In this document: positions 29,910 through 40,288 of the stretch, piece after piece
How positions within the stretch are numbered: the stretch's first letter is position 1
Layout of the letters: each line of letters opens with the position of its first letter
NCBI GenBank assembly: GCA_963758525.1
Contig: CAVWVQ010000003.1
Location: forward strand, 1,472,001 to 1,536,000
Origin: an uncultured Phycisphaerales bacterium
GTDB lineage: Bacteria > Planctomycetota > Phycisphaerae > Tepidisphaerales > Tepidisphaeraceae
DNA: 64,000 nucleotides
Reading direction: 5' to 3'
Position numbers and translations under genes: made by a program
Notes under the pieces: model-generated
What the model saw: the letters and a program-made list of their open reading frames with translations, nothing else
Told to the model about the DNA's origin: nothing
Databases searched by the model: none

Positions 29910-31442
29910 ATGATGAACGCGCTGATGTCACAGATACGCACGCTGCAGCGAGTACCGGATGATGCGTTGCGACGGTCAGAATCGCTGGATGCTTTGGCAG
30001 CCCGCGATGCGGGCGGCAAGGCGCTGCGCGCGGCCGTCTCGCGAGCAGACGTCGCCGACCACAAGCTCGCCGCGACTCAGCTTCGTCGCGACGCGCTGCA
30101 TGATACGTTGACCGGCCTAACGCACTGCGCCCTTTTGATGGACCGGATCCATCAATGTCTGCATCGTCTGAAGCGATCTCCCGAACAGAGTTTTGCTGTG
30201 ATGCTTCTGGAGCTGGACCGGGTCAAGGTCATCGATGATCGCCCGGGACAAGCAGCGGTGGACCAGCTGCTGGTCGACCTGGTCAATCGGCTGGAGATCA
30301 CCCTTCGCATCGGCGATACCCTGGCGCGCCGAGCACCCGATCATCCGGCCGGCCTTGGGGGAGACGAGTTCGTGGCGCTCCTGGAAAACATTCGCACTTC
30401 CGCCGACGCCGTTCGTGTCGTCGATCGTCTGCAGCGCGCGATAGCTCGGCCGTTCGATATCGACGGATACGAGGTGTGCGCCTCGGTGAGCTTCGGCATC
30501 GCCCTAAGCACCGGAATCTATGACACGCCGGAGGAAATACTGCGCGACGCCGAAACCGCTCTACACGATGCCAAGAGCGCCGGACGCGGAGGCTATCGTC
30601 TCTTCGATCAGCAAATGCATGCCTCGGCGATGCAGCGGCTTTTGATGGAAAGCGAGCTGCGCGGGGCAATCGAACACGGCGAGCTTCGCCTTCATTACCA
30701 GCCGGTGCAGTCGCTCCAGAGCGGGCAACTCATCGAGGTCGAGGCCCTGGTGCGATGGGAGCATCCGCTGCGCGGCCTCCTTTCCCCGGCCGACTTCGCC
30801 CCTCTGGCGGAAGAGACTGGCCTGATCATCCCGCTGGGCCGGTGGGTGCTCCGCGAAGCATGCCGGCAAATGAGAGAGTGGCGGACGCAACGGCCACAAC
30901 TGCGTGACGTGGCTGTGGCTGTGAACGTGTCTGGGCGGCAGTTTGCGCGGGCGGAGTTGCCAGCCGAAGTCGCCAGGGCGCTAGCCGAAAGCGGCCTCGA
31001 TTCGCGGCATCTGAAACTGGAAATCACCGAAACCGCCATCATGGAAAGCGGCGATCCGGCGCTGGCCGAGTTGAACGCCATCTGTGACATGGGGGTTGCA
31101 TTTCACCTGGATGATTTCGGCGCGGGCTGCTCGTCGCTCGCCTGTCTGCGGCGCATGCCGATCGCGGCGCTCAAGATCGACCGCTCATTCATCGCCGCCT
31201 TGGGCAATGACCGCTCCGACACATCCATGGTGGAGGCGATCCTGGCGCTCTCCCGCGCGATGCACCTTCGGGTGGTCGCCGAGGGAGTGGAGCACCAGTC
31301 GCAGGCGGAGTTCCTGCGTCAGCTGGGTTGCGATTTTGCCCAGGGATATTTGTTCGCCCGCCCGCTCACGCCCGAGCAGTTTGTGCGATTTGCCAATAGT
31401 GTTTCAAGCCCCGACAACGCCACGAAGGTTGCCGCGGCATAA
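29910..31442 (+). CDS. GGDEF-EAL protein (degenerate GGDEF N-terminal motifs)
   Basis: HDTLTGL, LGGDEF, EALVRW, DDFGAG, KIDRSF, VAEGVE. Confidence 0.9.
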   Translation: MMNALMSQIRTLQRVPDDALRRSESLDALAARDAGGKALRAAVSRADVADHKLAATQLRRDALHDTLTGLTHCALLMDRIHQCLHRLKRSPEQSFAVMLLELDRVKVIDDRPGQAAVDQLLVDLVNRLEITLRIGDTLARRAPDHPAGLGGDEFVALLENIRTSADAVRVVDRLQRAIARPFDIDGYEVCASVSFGIALSTGIYDTPEEILRDAETALHDAKSAGRGGYRLFDQQMHASAMQRLLMESELRGAIEHGELRLHYQPVQSLQSGQLIEVEALVRWEHPLRGLLSPADFAPLAEETGLIIPLGRWVLREACRQMREWRTQRPQLRDVAVAVNVSGRQFARAELPAEVARALAESGLDSRHLKLEITETAIMESGDPALAELNAICDMGVAFHLDDFGAGCSSLACLRRMPIAALKIDRSFIAALGNDRSDTSMVEAILALSRAMHLRVVAEGVEHQSQAEFLRQLGCDFAQGYLFARPLTPEQFVRFANSVSSPDNATKVAAA

Positions 31443-31743
31443 TGCGGCACCGCTGAAAGCTGAACTATGGAACGAGCGCACCGAATTGTCGGAAATACGG
31501 CCGGCTCTGCGCAGTCGGTCGCGCCAGCGGACCTGCTCATCGCGGCAAGCACGCTTCGCATCGCCAACATATCGCGACGCCCGCCAAGCAATCGCCACGA
31601 CTGCGGCAGTCGTAGGGGTTTACACCCATCCCATTGGTAATGCTCAAGTTAACGCAGCCTCTTCCCCGATGCATGCTCTGTAGAGCATTCCCGCCGGAGC
31701 CACGGATTCAGGCGACAGCTCAGTTTTAACATGGAGGTTTCTA

Positions 31744-34700
31744 ATGAAGCGCGGATTTCAACATTTCGGAAGCAATACTTTTCTGAAGTATGGCACTCAA
31801 TGCGCAAAAGCGCCTGCGCGAACGCTCGCTGAAGTTCTGGAGCCGCGGTTATTTTTATCCGGGAGCGTGCTGGCCTCCGTTGTTCATGGGCGGTTAACCA
31901 TCCGCGGCGACGACGCGGCAAGCGCGATCGTTCTGGATCAGGTCGGATTGAATGCCGGCCAGATTCGCATCGCCGGGAGCGACAACACGATCATCAACGG
32001 CCAGACTGGCGCGATCATCGTGAGCGGCATCACGCGCAGTGTCGCCGTGGAAATGGGAGGCGGCAGTGACAGCGTAACGATGAGCGGCGTTAGCCTGCCG
32101 GGAGACCTCTCCATTGGCGGGAGGGGCACCGATACGCTTGCTCTGGGCGACGTGCACGTGGCGGGTACTCTCAATATCCAAAATAATTCAGCATTCGGCA
32201 TTACTGGCTCCATTGCGGGAACGACGGTTGGAAAGAGCCTGATCATCCACGGCGGTGCGGGCGGAAATACAATCGCCATGGAGTCGATAGTCGTTCAGCG
32301 ACAAACCCACATCACCGGCGGAAGGGGAATCGATCATCTGACGATCGATGACGCGGTTTTCCACGGCGGGGTGTTCATCTGCACCGGGCGGAGCGCCGAC
32401 GTCGTCCAGATCAGCGCACACGGCGCGACCCCGGCTTCCGCCGCGTCTTTCGATGGGCCCGTGTCAATGTTCCTGGGCGCCGGCAATGATATTCTCCAGC
32501 TCGGCGTCAACAGCAACGCCGGCGATCGTTCCATATTTTCCGGCGCCGTCCACTTCCACGGCGGAGCGGGATTCAACACCCTGGCGGACTTCGCGGCCAG
32601 CTCGTACATCGGAAAGTCGCGATATCAGATCAAAAACTTCGAGTCGCGCACGCCGGCCCCCGACACCACGGATCCGGCCGTGAGTGCCACCACTCCCGCG
32701 GTCAATGCAACCGGCGCGGCGTTGAACCGGGGCATTGCAGCGGTTTTCAGCGAACCAATGGATCCGCTGACGATCACCACCGCGAACTTCACCCTTACCG
32801 CAACTGGAGGCATGGCTGTCACCGGAACCGTTCTCTATCTCGGGACCACAGCTACCTTCAGCCCCACCGGCGTTCTTTCCCCCGATACAACCTATACCGC
32901 TACGATCACCACCGGCGTCAAAGATCTCGCCGGAAATTCGCTGGCTCGCAACTTCGTCTGGAGCTTCACAACAGGAGCGACCCCGGACACGACGGACCCG
33001 ACCGTGAGTTCGATCAATCCCGCAAATAACGCCACCGGCGTGGCGCTCAATCGGAGCATCGCCGCGACGTTCAGCGAGCCTATGAACCCGCTGACGATCA
33101 CGTCAGCAAACGTCTCCGTGACAGCCCCTGGCGGGGTGGCCGTGCTGGGAACCGTTGCCTATGCCGGCAACACGTTGACTTTCACACCAACCATCCCCCT
33201 CGCGGCCAGCACCACGTTCACCGGCACGATCACCACCGGCGCCGAAGACCTGGCGGGGAACCCGCTGGCTCACGACTTCGTCTGGAGTTTCACCACCGGG
33301 GCTGCCCCGGACACCACCGATCCGACGGTGAGTTCCACCAACCCGGCCAATAACGCAACGGGCGTCGCCTTCAATCAAAGCGTCGCCGCGACGTTCAGCG
33401 AAGCGATGGATCCCCTGACGATCACCTCGGCTAACGTCAGCGTGACAGCCCCTGGCGGGGTGGCCGTGCTGGGAACCGTTGCCTATGCCGGCACCACGCT
33501 GACATTCACACCGACAAGCCCCCTTGCGGCGAGCACCACGTTCACCGGCACGATCTCCACGGACGCCACCGATCTGGCGGGGAATCCGCTAGCCAACAGC
33601 TACGTCTGGACATTCACCACTGGAGCGACCCCGGACACCACCGATCCGACGGTGAGTTCCACCAACCCGGCCAATAACGCAACGGGCGTCGCCTTCAATC
33701 AAAGCGTCGCCGCGACGTTCAGCGAAGCGATGGATCCCCTGACGATCACCTCGGCAAACGTGACTGTGACAGGGCCCGGCGCAGTTGCTGTGCCGGGAAC
33801 CTTGAATTACACCGGCACCACCCTGACATTCACACCGACAAACCCCCTTGCCGCCAGCACCACGTTCACCGGCACGATCACCACGGACGCCACCGATCTG
33901 GCGGGGAATCCGCTGGCTCACGACTTTGTCTGGAGTTTCACCACCGGAGCGACCCCGGATACCACCGATCCGACGGTGAGTTCCACCAACCCGGCCAATA
34001 ACGCAACGGGCGTCGCCTTCAATCAAAGCGTCGCCGCGACGTTCAGCGAAGCGATGGATCCCCTGACGATCACCTCGGCAAACGTGACCCTGACAGGGCC
34101 CGGCGCAGTTGCTGTGCCGGGAACCTTGAATTACGCCGGCACCACCCTGACATTCACACCGACAAGCCCCCTTGCGGCGAGCACCACGTTCACCGGCACG
34201 ATCACCACAGGCGCCACCGATCTGGCGGGGAATCCGCTGGCCAACAGCTATGTCTGGACATTCACCACTGGAGCGACCCCGGATACCACTCCTCCGACCG
34301 TCATCTCCACCAATCCTGCCAATCTCCAAGGCAACGTGTTTATCAATGAAGCAATCGCAGCGACTTTCAGCGAGGCCATCGATCCGACGACGATCACGGC
34401 CGCGACATTCGCGGTCACATCCCCCGGCGCCATAGCCGTTGCGGGAACGGTGAATTATGACGCCCAAAGCGACATCGCAACCTTCACGCCATCCAGCAAT
34501 TTCGCAGCCAACACCACGTTTACCGCAACCATCACCGGCGGTGCAAACGGGGTGAGAGACCTGGCGGGGAACCCACTAACCGGCGACCAGACATGGACCT
34601 TCACGACCGGGGCGCAGATCGCACAAGCCCCGATCAATCTGGGGTCCGCCGCCGCTTTCGCGGTGATGGCCACCACCGCAGTTACCGGCACCGATCCCAC

Positions 34701-35262
34701 CACCATCAACGGAGATGTGGGGCTGAACCCCGGAAGTGCACAAGGGATCCCGCCTGGAGACGTGAACGGGTCAATTCATGTCGACGATCAGGCCGTCATT
34801 GATGCGCAGGCCGATCTATTGTCCGCGTACAACGACGCGGTGAGTCGCTCGACGACTTCCGTGGCTCTGCCCGGCAATATGGGCGGGTTGACGTTCACTC
34901 CCGGCCTCTACACAAACTCGAGTTCCGTAATGATTTCAGGGTCGGGACCGAACAACAACGTCACCCTGGATGCCCAGGGAAACCCCAACGCGATCTTTAT
35001 TTTCAAGATCGGAAGCACGCTCACCACCGGGACGGGCGCCCAGGTGATCCTGGCCGGCGGCGCGAAAGCCAGCAATGTCTTCTGGCAGGTCGGGACGTCA
35101 GCAACCCTGAATACAACCACTATTTTCAAGGGCAATCTTCTCGCCGCCGTAACCATCACGGTGAACAACGGATCTGCGGTGGAAGGCCGGCTCCTGGCAG
35201 GATCGGATTCAGCCGGCGCGGTAACAATCAACCAAAGCATCGTCTCCGTGCCCACCACGTGA
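31744..35262 (+). CDS. Extracellular adhesin: LEPRxLL motif, six Ig-like (SbsA/Big_5) repeats and C-terminal DUF3494 ice-binding domain
   Basis: EVLEPRLFLS; 108-aa repeats with ATFSEAMDP and DLAGNPL; C-terminal LGSAAAFAV, GLTFTPGLY, TLDAQGNPNAIFIF, NVFWQVG. Confidence 0.9.
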   Translation: MKRGFQHFGSNTFLKYGTQCAKAPARTLAEVLEPRLFLSGSVLASVVHGRLTIRGDDAASAIVLDQVGLNAGQIRIAGSDNTIINGQTGAIIVSGITRSVAVEMGGGSDSVTMSGVSLPGDLSIGGRGTDTLALGDVHVAGTLNIQNNSAFGITGSIAGTTVGKSLIIHGGAGGNTIAMESIVVQRQTHITGGRGIDHLTIDDAVFHGGVFICTGRSADVVQISAHGATPASAASFDGPVSMFLGAGNDILQLGVNSNAGDRSIFSGAVHFHGGAGFNTLADFAASSYIGKSRYQIKNFESRTPAPDTTDPAVSATTPAVNATGAALNRGIAAVFSEPMDPLTITTANFTLTATGGMAVTGTVLYLGTTATFSPTGVLSPDTTYTATITTGVKDLAGNSLARNFVWSFTTGATPDTTDPTVSSINPANNATGVALNRSIAATFSEPMNPLTITSANVSVTAPGGVAVLGTVAYAGNTLTFTPTIPLAASTTFTGTITTGAEDLAGNPLAHDFVWSFTTGAAPDTTDPTVSSTNPANNATGVAFNQSVAATFSEAMDPLTITSANVSVTAPGGVAVLGTVAYAGTTLTFTPTSPLAASTTFTGTISTDATDLAGNPLANSYVWTFTTGATPDTTDPTVSSTNPANNATGVAFNQSVAATFSEAMDPLTITSANVTVTGPGAVAVPGTLNYTGTTLTFTPTNPLAASTTFTGTITTDATDLAGNPLAHDFVWSFTTGATPDTTDPTVSSTNPANNATGVAFNQSVAATFSEAMDPLTITSANVTLTGPGAVAVPGTLNYAGTTLTFTPTSPLAASTTFTGTITTGATDLAGNPLANSYVWTFTTGATPDTTPPTVISTNPANLQGNVFINEAIAATFSEAIDPTTITAATFAVTSPGAIAVAGTVNYDAQSDIATFTPSSNFAANTTFTATITGGANGVRDLAGNPLTGDQTWTFTTGAQIAQAPINLGSAAAFAVMATTAVTGTDPTTINGDVGLNPGSAQGIPPGDVNGSIHVDDQAVIDAQADLLSAYNDAVSRSTTSVALPGNMGGLTFTPGLYTNSSSVMISGSGPNNNVTLDAQGNPNAIFIFKIGSTLTTGTGAQVILAGGAKASNVFWQVGTSATLNTTTIFKGNLLAAVTITVNNGSAVEGRLLAGSDSAGAVTINQSIVSVPTT
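32662..34611 (+). repeat. Six intragenic 324-bp tandem repeats
   Basis: Units begin at 32662, 32986, 33310, 33634, 33958 and 34282. Confidence 0.9.
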
Positions 35263-35419
35263 GGTCTGCTGAGGTCACCGAGCACAAACGCGGAAGGCGT
35301 ATCCTCACTTGGTCGAAGTCTTCCTGCAAAACGAATTCCGCTCTATACTGATTCGGGCTCAGTTCGCTGAAGCCGAGGCATTGGCGGCTTGATACAGATC
35401 AACAACCCAGAGAACCTCG

Positions 35420-35725
35420 ATGGGACGCTTCGTGGTCATCAGCAAATTCACCGTTGCCAACGGGATGACTCCCCAAGTGAAGGAAGCATTCCGAAACCGC
35501 CCTCACAAAGTCGACGACGCCGAGGGTTTCCTGTGCATGGAAGTCATCAGTCCAGTTGAGGAACCCAACGAAATCTGGTTGATCACTTTTTGGCGCGACG
35601 AGAGCAGCTTCAAAACCTGGCATCACAGCCACCTTTACCGTGAATCTCACGCGGGGATCCCCAGGGGTCTTAAGCTTGTTCCCAAGAGCGCCGGCGTCCG
35701 TTGCTTTGAAGGCGTCTCGAGCTGA
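35420..35725 (+). CDS. ABM-family (IsdG/HmoA-like) monooxygenase
   Basis: FVVISKFTV, AFRNR, EGF, TFWRDESSFKTW..SH pattern. Confidence 0.85.
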   Translation: MGRFVVISKFTVANGMTPQVKEAFRNRPHKVDDAEGFLCMEVISPVEEPNEIWLITFWRDESSFKTWHHSHLYRESHAGIPRGLKLVPKSAGVRCFEGVSS

Positions 35726-35737
35726 ACAACACGCGTT

Positions 35738-36811
35738 ATGGCACAACGCACAATAGACATCGGACGAAAGCTGAGCCCCGCCTCCGAAGCCATCGCCGAT
35801 GCGGTCGTCGCGCGGCACTACCAGCTACGCCCGGAACTTGAGTCGCGGTATGGTCAGCGCGGCCGACAGAAGTGCCGCGAGGATGCCTCGTGCCACCTCA
35901 CGTATCTTGCGCAGGCGCTTGTGGCATGTCATCCCGCGCTGTTCCGAGACTACGTCGCCTGGGCCAAGGTGATGCTTGCCGGGCGCGGAATTCCGGCAAG
36001 CGACCTGGCGGATAATCTGCAAGTGACCATGGACGTGTTGAAAGATCGTCTGCCGCCCGAAGATGCAGCCATCGCTTGCCGATATATTCAGGACGCGATC
36101 GCGGATCTCCCCGCGATGGCGTCCGTCCTGCCAAATTGCATCGCGCCGGATCTGCCGCTGGCCCAATTGGCCGAGTCGTACCTCGCGGCACTCATCGCGT
36201 GCGACCGGCGCAAGGCGAGCAGCCTGATTCTCGACGCGGTTGAGCGCGGGGCGTCCATCAAGCAGATATATATCCACGTTTTCCAACAATCGCAGCTGGA
36301 GATCGGCCGCCGCTGGCAGATGAATCAGATAACGGTCGCGCAGGAACACTATTGCACGGCGGCCACCCAGATGATCATGTCCCAGCTGTACCCGAAGATC
36401 TTCGCGGAGCCAAGAAACGGACGCCGCTTCGTGGGGGCGTGCGTCGACGGCGATCTCCACGAGATTGGGATGCGCATCGTGGCGGACTTCTTTGAGATGG
36501 CCGGCTGGGATACGGTCTTTCTGGGCGCCAGCGTTCCCGGGGCGGCCCTGGTCCGAACTCTTGAGGACCGTAAACCCGACGTGGTCGGCATCTCCGCGGC
36601 ACTGACGCCTCACGTCGCCGCGGTGTCGCACATGATCGCGGAGATTCGCGCCGCGCCCGGCTGCCGGAAGATCAAGATTCTCGTCGGCGGCTATCCGTTC
36701 CACATCGCGCCGGAGCTCTGGAAGCAGGTTGATGCTGACGGGACCGCTGAGGACGCGCAGGCTGTCGTTGAGTTGGCCAATCGGCTGCTACGGATTGAAG
36801 GAGCAGCATGA
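35738..36811 (+). CDS. Globin-like + cobalamin-binding protein (photocobilin-like)
   Basis: N-terminal helical domain YGQRGRQKCREDASCHLTYL; CarH-type W-x9-EH (WQMNQITVAQEH); DxHxxG (DLHEIG); VGG. Confidence 0.85.
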   Translation: MAQRTIDIGRKLSPASEAIADAVVARHYQLRPELESRYGQRGRQKCREDASCHLTYLAQALVACHPALFRDYVAWAKVMLAGRGIPASDLADNLQVTMDVLKDRLPPEDAAIACRYIQDAIADLPAMASVLPNCIAPDLPLAQLAESYLAALIACDRRKASSLILDAVERGASIKQIYIHVFQQSQLEIGRRWQMNQITVAQEHYCTAATQMIMSQLYPKIFAEPRNGRRFVGACVDGDLHEIGMRIVADFFEMAGWDTVFLGASVPGAALVRTLEDRKPDVVGISAALTPHVAAVSHMIAEIRAAPGCRKIKILVGGYPFHIAPELWKQVDADGTAEDAQAVVELANRLLRIEGAA

Positions 36812-37890
36812 GCGTTCAATCCGAAATCGGTGGCTCAGCCCTGGTGTGTGATCTCAAGGGATCGATTATCCGCGTCGCCCACGACCAGCTCGGCATTGCC
36901 GAACGATGCTCCGCAGGGACGCCGTTCGCCGAAGTGGTCGATGCCGCCAGCATGGAGAAGGCTGCGGCTTTTCTCGCCGCCGTGCGGAACGACGGCGGAG
37001 CCTTCGACTGGCAATTGTGCATGGCCGCCCAGGGGCGGATGGCGCTGCTTCATTGCATGGGCTTCAGCGATGGGAAGCAGCTATGGATCATCCTCGCCCG
37101 GACGCAAGCCGCCGCCGCGCGCGTTCTGGAGGAAATGAGTCTGGTCCAGAACGAGCAGACAGGGATGTTGCGCGCCGCGTTGAAATACGCGAGCCAAATT
37201 TCCAGCTCCGACAGGAGCAAAGCGCAATTTGAAGAATTGACCGGCTTGTGCAACGATCTTGGGAGAACGCAGCGCGAACTCGCCCAGAGAAACGCCGAAC
37301 TGGAGGCGTTGAAGGTGAAGCTGGAAATCAAGCAGGCGGAGCTGATCGCTGCCAATGCCCGACTAGACGCGCTTGCCACGATGGACGTTCTGACGGGCAT
37401 CGCCAATCGGCGCGCGTTCGGGGCCAGGCTCGAGAGTGAGTGTGCGCGCTCGAAGCGTGAGCATTCCCCCCTTTCGCTGATCATGCTTGACGTGGACCAT
37501 TTCAAGAGCCTCAATGACACATACGGTCATCAAGCCGGCGATGAAATTCTGAAGTTGATGGGCGCGTTGCTGTCCAGCACTTCGCGCACCACGGACCTCG
37601 TTGCCCGCTATGGCGGCGAGGAGTTCGCGGTCATTCTTGCCAATGCCGATCAGACCGCCGCAAAAGAAGCCGCGGAACGGCTCCGCGGCCGGATCGAGGC
37701 TGCCCGCTGGCCGCATCGGGCCGTGACCGTCAGTGCCGGCATCGCTTCCTGGGGAAGCGGCGGGGACAGCGCCTCCGAACTGGTCCGCCGGGCGGATCAG
37801 GCCCTTTACTTTTCCAAGGAACACGGACGAAACCGGGCGACGCATTCTCTGGATGTCAGTTCCGCAGACCGATCCGTCATCCGCGTTTAA
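36808..37890 (+). CDS. Diguanylate cyclase with PAS-like N-terminus and coiled coil
   Basis: DVLTGIANRR, DVDHFKSLNDTYGH, I-site RTTD, RYGGEEF; ATGA overlap with the upstream gene. Confidence 0.92.
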   Translation: MSVQSEIGGSALVCDLKGSIIRVAHDQLGIAERCSAGTPFAEVVDAASMEKAAAFLAAVRNDGGAFDWQLCMAAQGRMALLHCMGFSDGKQLWIILARTQAAAARVLEEMSLVQNEQTGMLRAALKYASQISSSDRSKAQFEELTGLCNDLGRTQRELAQRNAELEALKVKLEIKQAELIAANARLDALATMDVLTGIANRRAFGARLESECARSKREHSPLSLIMLDVDHFKSLNDTYGHQAGDEILKLMGALLSSTSRTTDLVARYGGEEFAVILANADQTAAKEAAERLRGRIEAARWPHRAVTVSAGIASWGSGGDSASELVRRADQALYFSKEHGRNRATHSLDVSSADRSVIRV

Positions 37891-37930
37891 ACTGATCGGA
37901 GGCGGTCGACACCCACGCTGTAAGACTTGA

Positions 37931-40288
37931 TTATGCCGCCTGCTTCCCCGCCTCCTGGTCGTACCCTTCGATGCGGCTGAGGTTTTGAATGAGCGAGTCG
38001 ATCTTGGTATTGATCGATTCGCCCCCCTTCCCTGCCTTGATCGCGGATTCCGCGGCGGTGGCTAACTCGGTAATCGATTCAAATCCATAACCGCCGCCGG
38101 CTCCGCGCAACTGATGGACGACGCGCCGCAGGGAGTCCATCTCACCCGCGTCGAGGAACGCCTGCAGCTTCTGGACTTCTCCGGGAAGATCGTGAACAAA
38201 TTCATCGATGATTTTCGCCATTCCAGGTTGATCGGTCAGCGTGCTTTTAATCGTGCCGTCGGGTTCGAGCTTGGGTTGCGGCTTGGGCGGCGGGGCTGCC
38301 GGGGCAGTGCCCTGGCCGAGATGATATTTGACGGTTTGCAAAAGAACCTCCCTTTCGACGGGTTTGGTGAGATAATCGGTGCATCCGCTGGCGATGCATT
38401 TGGCGCGGTCCTCGGACATGGCATACGCAGTCAACGCGATGATTGGCAGTTTGATTTCCCGCCGTCGCAGTTCCCTCGTTGCGGAGTACCCGTCAAGCAC
38501 GGGCATCTGCATGTCCATCAAAACGAGATCAAAAACCTCGGAATCGAAAAGGTCCACGGCGATCTGCCCGTTCTCGGCGATGACGACATCCGCCCCGGCC
38601 ATCTTCAAATGCGTGGACAGTAACCGCTGGTTGTCCCGACCATCCTCGACCAGCAAAATTCGGCCTCGAATCGGGATTTCCCCGGAGTTATGCGCCGAAG
38701 TGACTGCCGGCAGTTTTGCTTCGGTGAGACCCGCCACCATGTCTGAGTCTTTGAGGGGTCCTCCGTCGATCCAAACTCCAAAGTCGCTGCCGGAACCGAG
38801 CGCAGAGCTGACGCTGATGTCCCCGCCCAGCAATCGGGCCAATTTTCGGCTGATCGTCAGGCCAAGGCCCGTCCCCCCGAACTTGCGTGTCGTGGATTGT
38901 TCGCCCTGCGTGAAGGGTTCGAAGATTCTGCCCAACTGCTGAGGATTCATTCCGATGCCGGTGTCGCGCACGTTGATTCGCACCACGCTGGACTCTACGG
39001 TCCGGTCGCAGGAGACGCTCATGTCAACGCCCCCGCTGATCGTGAACTTGATGGCGTTGCCGAGCAGGTTCACCAGGATCTGCCGAAGACGCATGGGGTC
39101 GGTGCAGATGCATTGCGGGATGCTGCCGTCGAACGACAGTTTGAATTTCAATGCACGTTCCGCTGCTCGAGATCGCATGAGCGTCGTTACTTCCGCAAGC
39201 AGTTGGGGAAGCTCGCAGCGAATTCGCTCGATACTCATCTGGCCGGCCTCGATTTTCGAGAGATCGAGAATCTCATTGATCAATTCCAGCAGATGACCGG
39301 CATTGCGACGGATGGTCTGGACGCATTCCGCATGGTCAGGGGCATTAGGGTGATGCCGCAGCATCATGTCCGCGAAGCCGACGATCGCCGTCATGGGAGT
39401 TCGGATCTCGTGGCTCATGTTCGCGAGAAACTCGCTCTTGGCGATGTTGGCGGCTTCGGCGAACTCCTTGGCCTGCTGCAATTGGGCGTCGACCAGTTGG
39501 CGCTCGGTGATGTCCTGGATCATCCCGGTTGCTGCGATCACCTTCCTATTTTCATCGCGGATGATTTCGCCGCGAATGTGGATGAACTGAGCGGCCGCGT
39601 CCGGATTGATAATCCGGCAGTCCTGAGCGATGAGCGTTTGATCGGATGATTCGACGCAGGCATTGATCAATCTCCGGTCATCGGGATGAAGACATTCGAG
39701 AAATTGCTGAAACGTCAGGCCTGCGCCCCCAGCCGCACGGCCCAGAATTCGGCAGGCCTCCTCGGACCAGACCGCGACGTTGGTTGGAACATCCACGTGC
39801 CACGTTCCCAAATGGGCGAACCGCTGGGCATCGGCGAGTTGTCGTTCGCCCTTGTGCAACTCCTTCTCGATCTGTTCGGCGTTGCGCCGCCCCTCCCGAT
39901 CGCGCAATTCGCGCTCCACCGCCGGCACCAACCGCTTCAGATCGCCCTTGAACAAGTAGTCATTGGCGCCCGCCTTCATCGCCTGGACGGCGGTTTCCTC
40001 ACCGACCTCTCCGGAGACGAGAATGAATGGAATGTCCCCCGCTCGTTCGCGCGCCATGGTCAGCGCGGCGGGTCCGCTGAAATACGGCATCGAGTAGTCC
40101 GCAATGATCAGATCCCATGGATGCGCAGCCAGCGCGTCAGTCATCCGCTGCGGAGTGTCCACGCGTTCGTGCGAGATGTCCCATCGCCCGCGCCGAAGTT
40201 CCACGAGCAGGAGAGCCGCGTCGTCTTCGCAGTCTTCCACGATCAGAACGCGCAGTTGGCCGGATGAATTGTCATCGGTGTGATCTAT
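37931..40288 (-). CDS. Hybrid histidine kinase REC-PAS-HisKA-HATPase-REC-Hpt
   Basis: [38 protein letters not shown]; start uncertain (ATA at 40288 after GAGG, or GTG at 40240). Confidence 0.9.
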   Translation of the reverse strand: MDHTDDNSSGQLRVLIVEDCEDDAALLLVELRRGRWDISHERVDTPQRMTDALAAHPWDLIIADYSMPYFSGPAALTMARERAGDIPFILVSGEVGEETAVQAMKAGANDYLFKGDLKRLVPAVERELRDREGRRNAEQIEKELHKGERQLADAQRFAHLGTWHVDVPTNVAVWSEEACRILGRAAGGAGLTFQQFLECLHPDDRRLINACVESSDQTLIAQDCRIINPDAAAQFIHIRGEIIRDENRKVIAATGMIQDITERQLVDAQLQQAKEFAEAANIAKSEFLANMSHEIRTPMTAIVGFADMMLRHHPNAPDHAECVQTIRRNAGHLLELINEILDLSKIEAGQMSIERIRCELPQLLAEVTTLMRSRAAERALKFKLSFDGSIPQCICTDPMRLRQILVNLLGNAIKFTISGGVDMSVSCDRTVESSVVRINVRDTGIGMNPQQLGRIFEPFTQGEQSTTRKFGGTGLGLTISRKLARLLGGDISVSSALGSGSDFGVWIDGGPLKDSDMVAGLTEAKLPAVTSAHNSGEIPIRGRILLVEDGRDNQRLLSTHLKMAGADVVIAENGQIAVDLFDSEVFDLVLMDMQMPVLDGYSATRELRRREIKLPIIALTAYAMSEDRAKCIASGCTDYLTKPVEREVLLQTVKYHLGQGTAPAAPPPKPQPKLEPDGTIKSTLTDQPGMAKIIDEFVHDLPGEVQKLQAFLDAGEMDSLRRVVHQLRGAGGGYGFESITELATAAESAIKAGKGGESINTKIDSLIQNLSRIEGYDQEAGKQAA

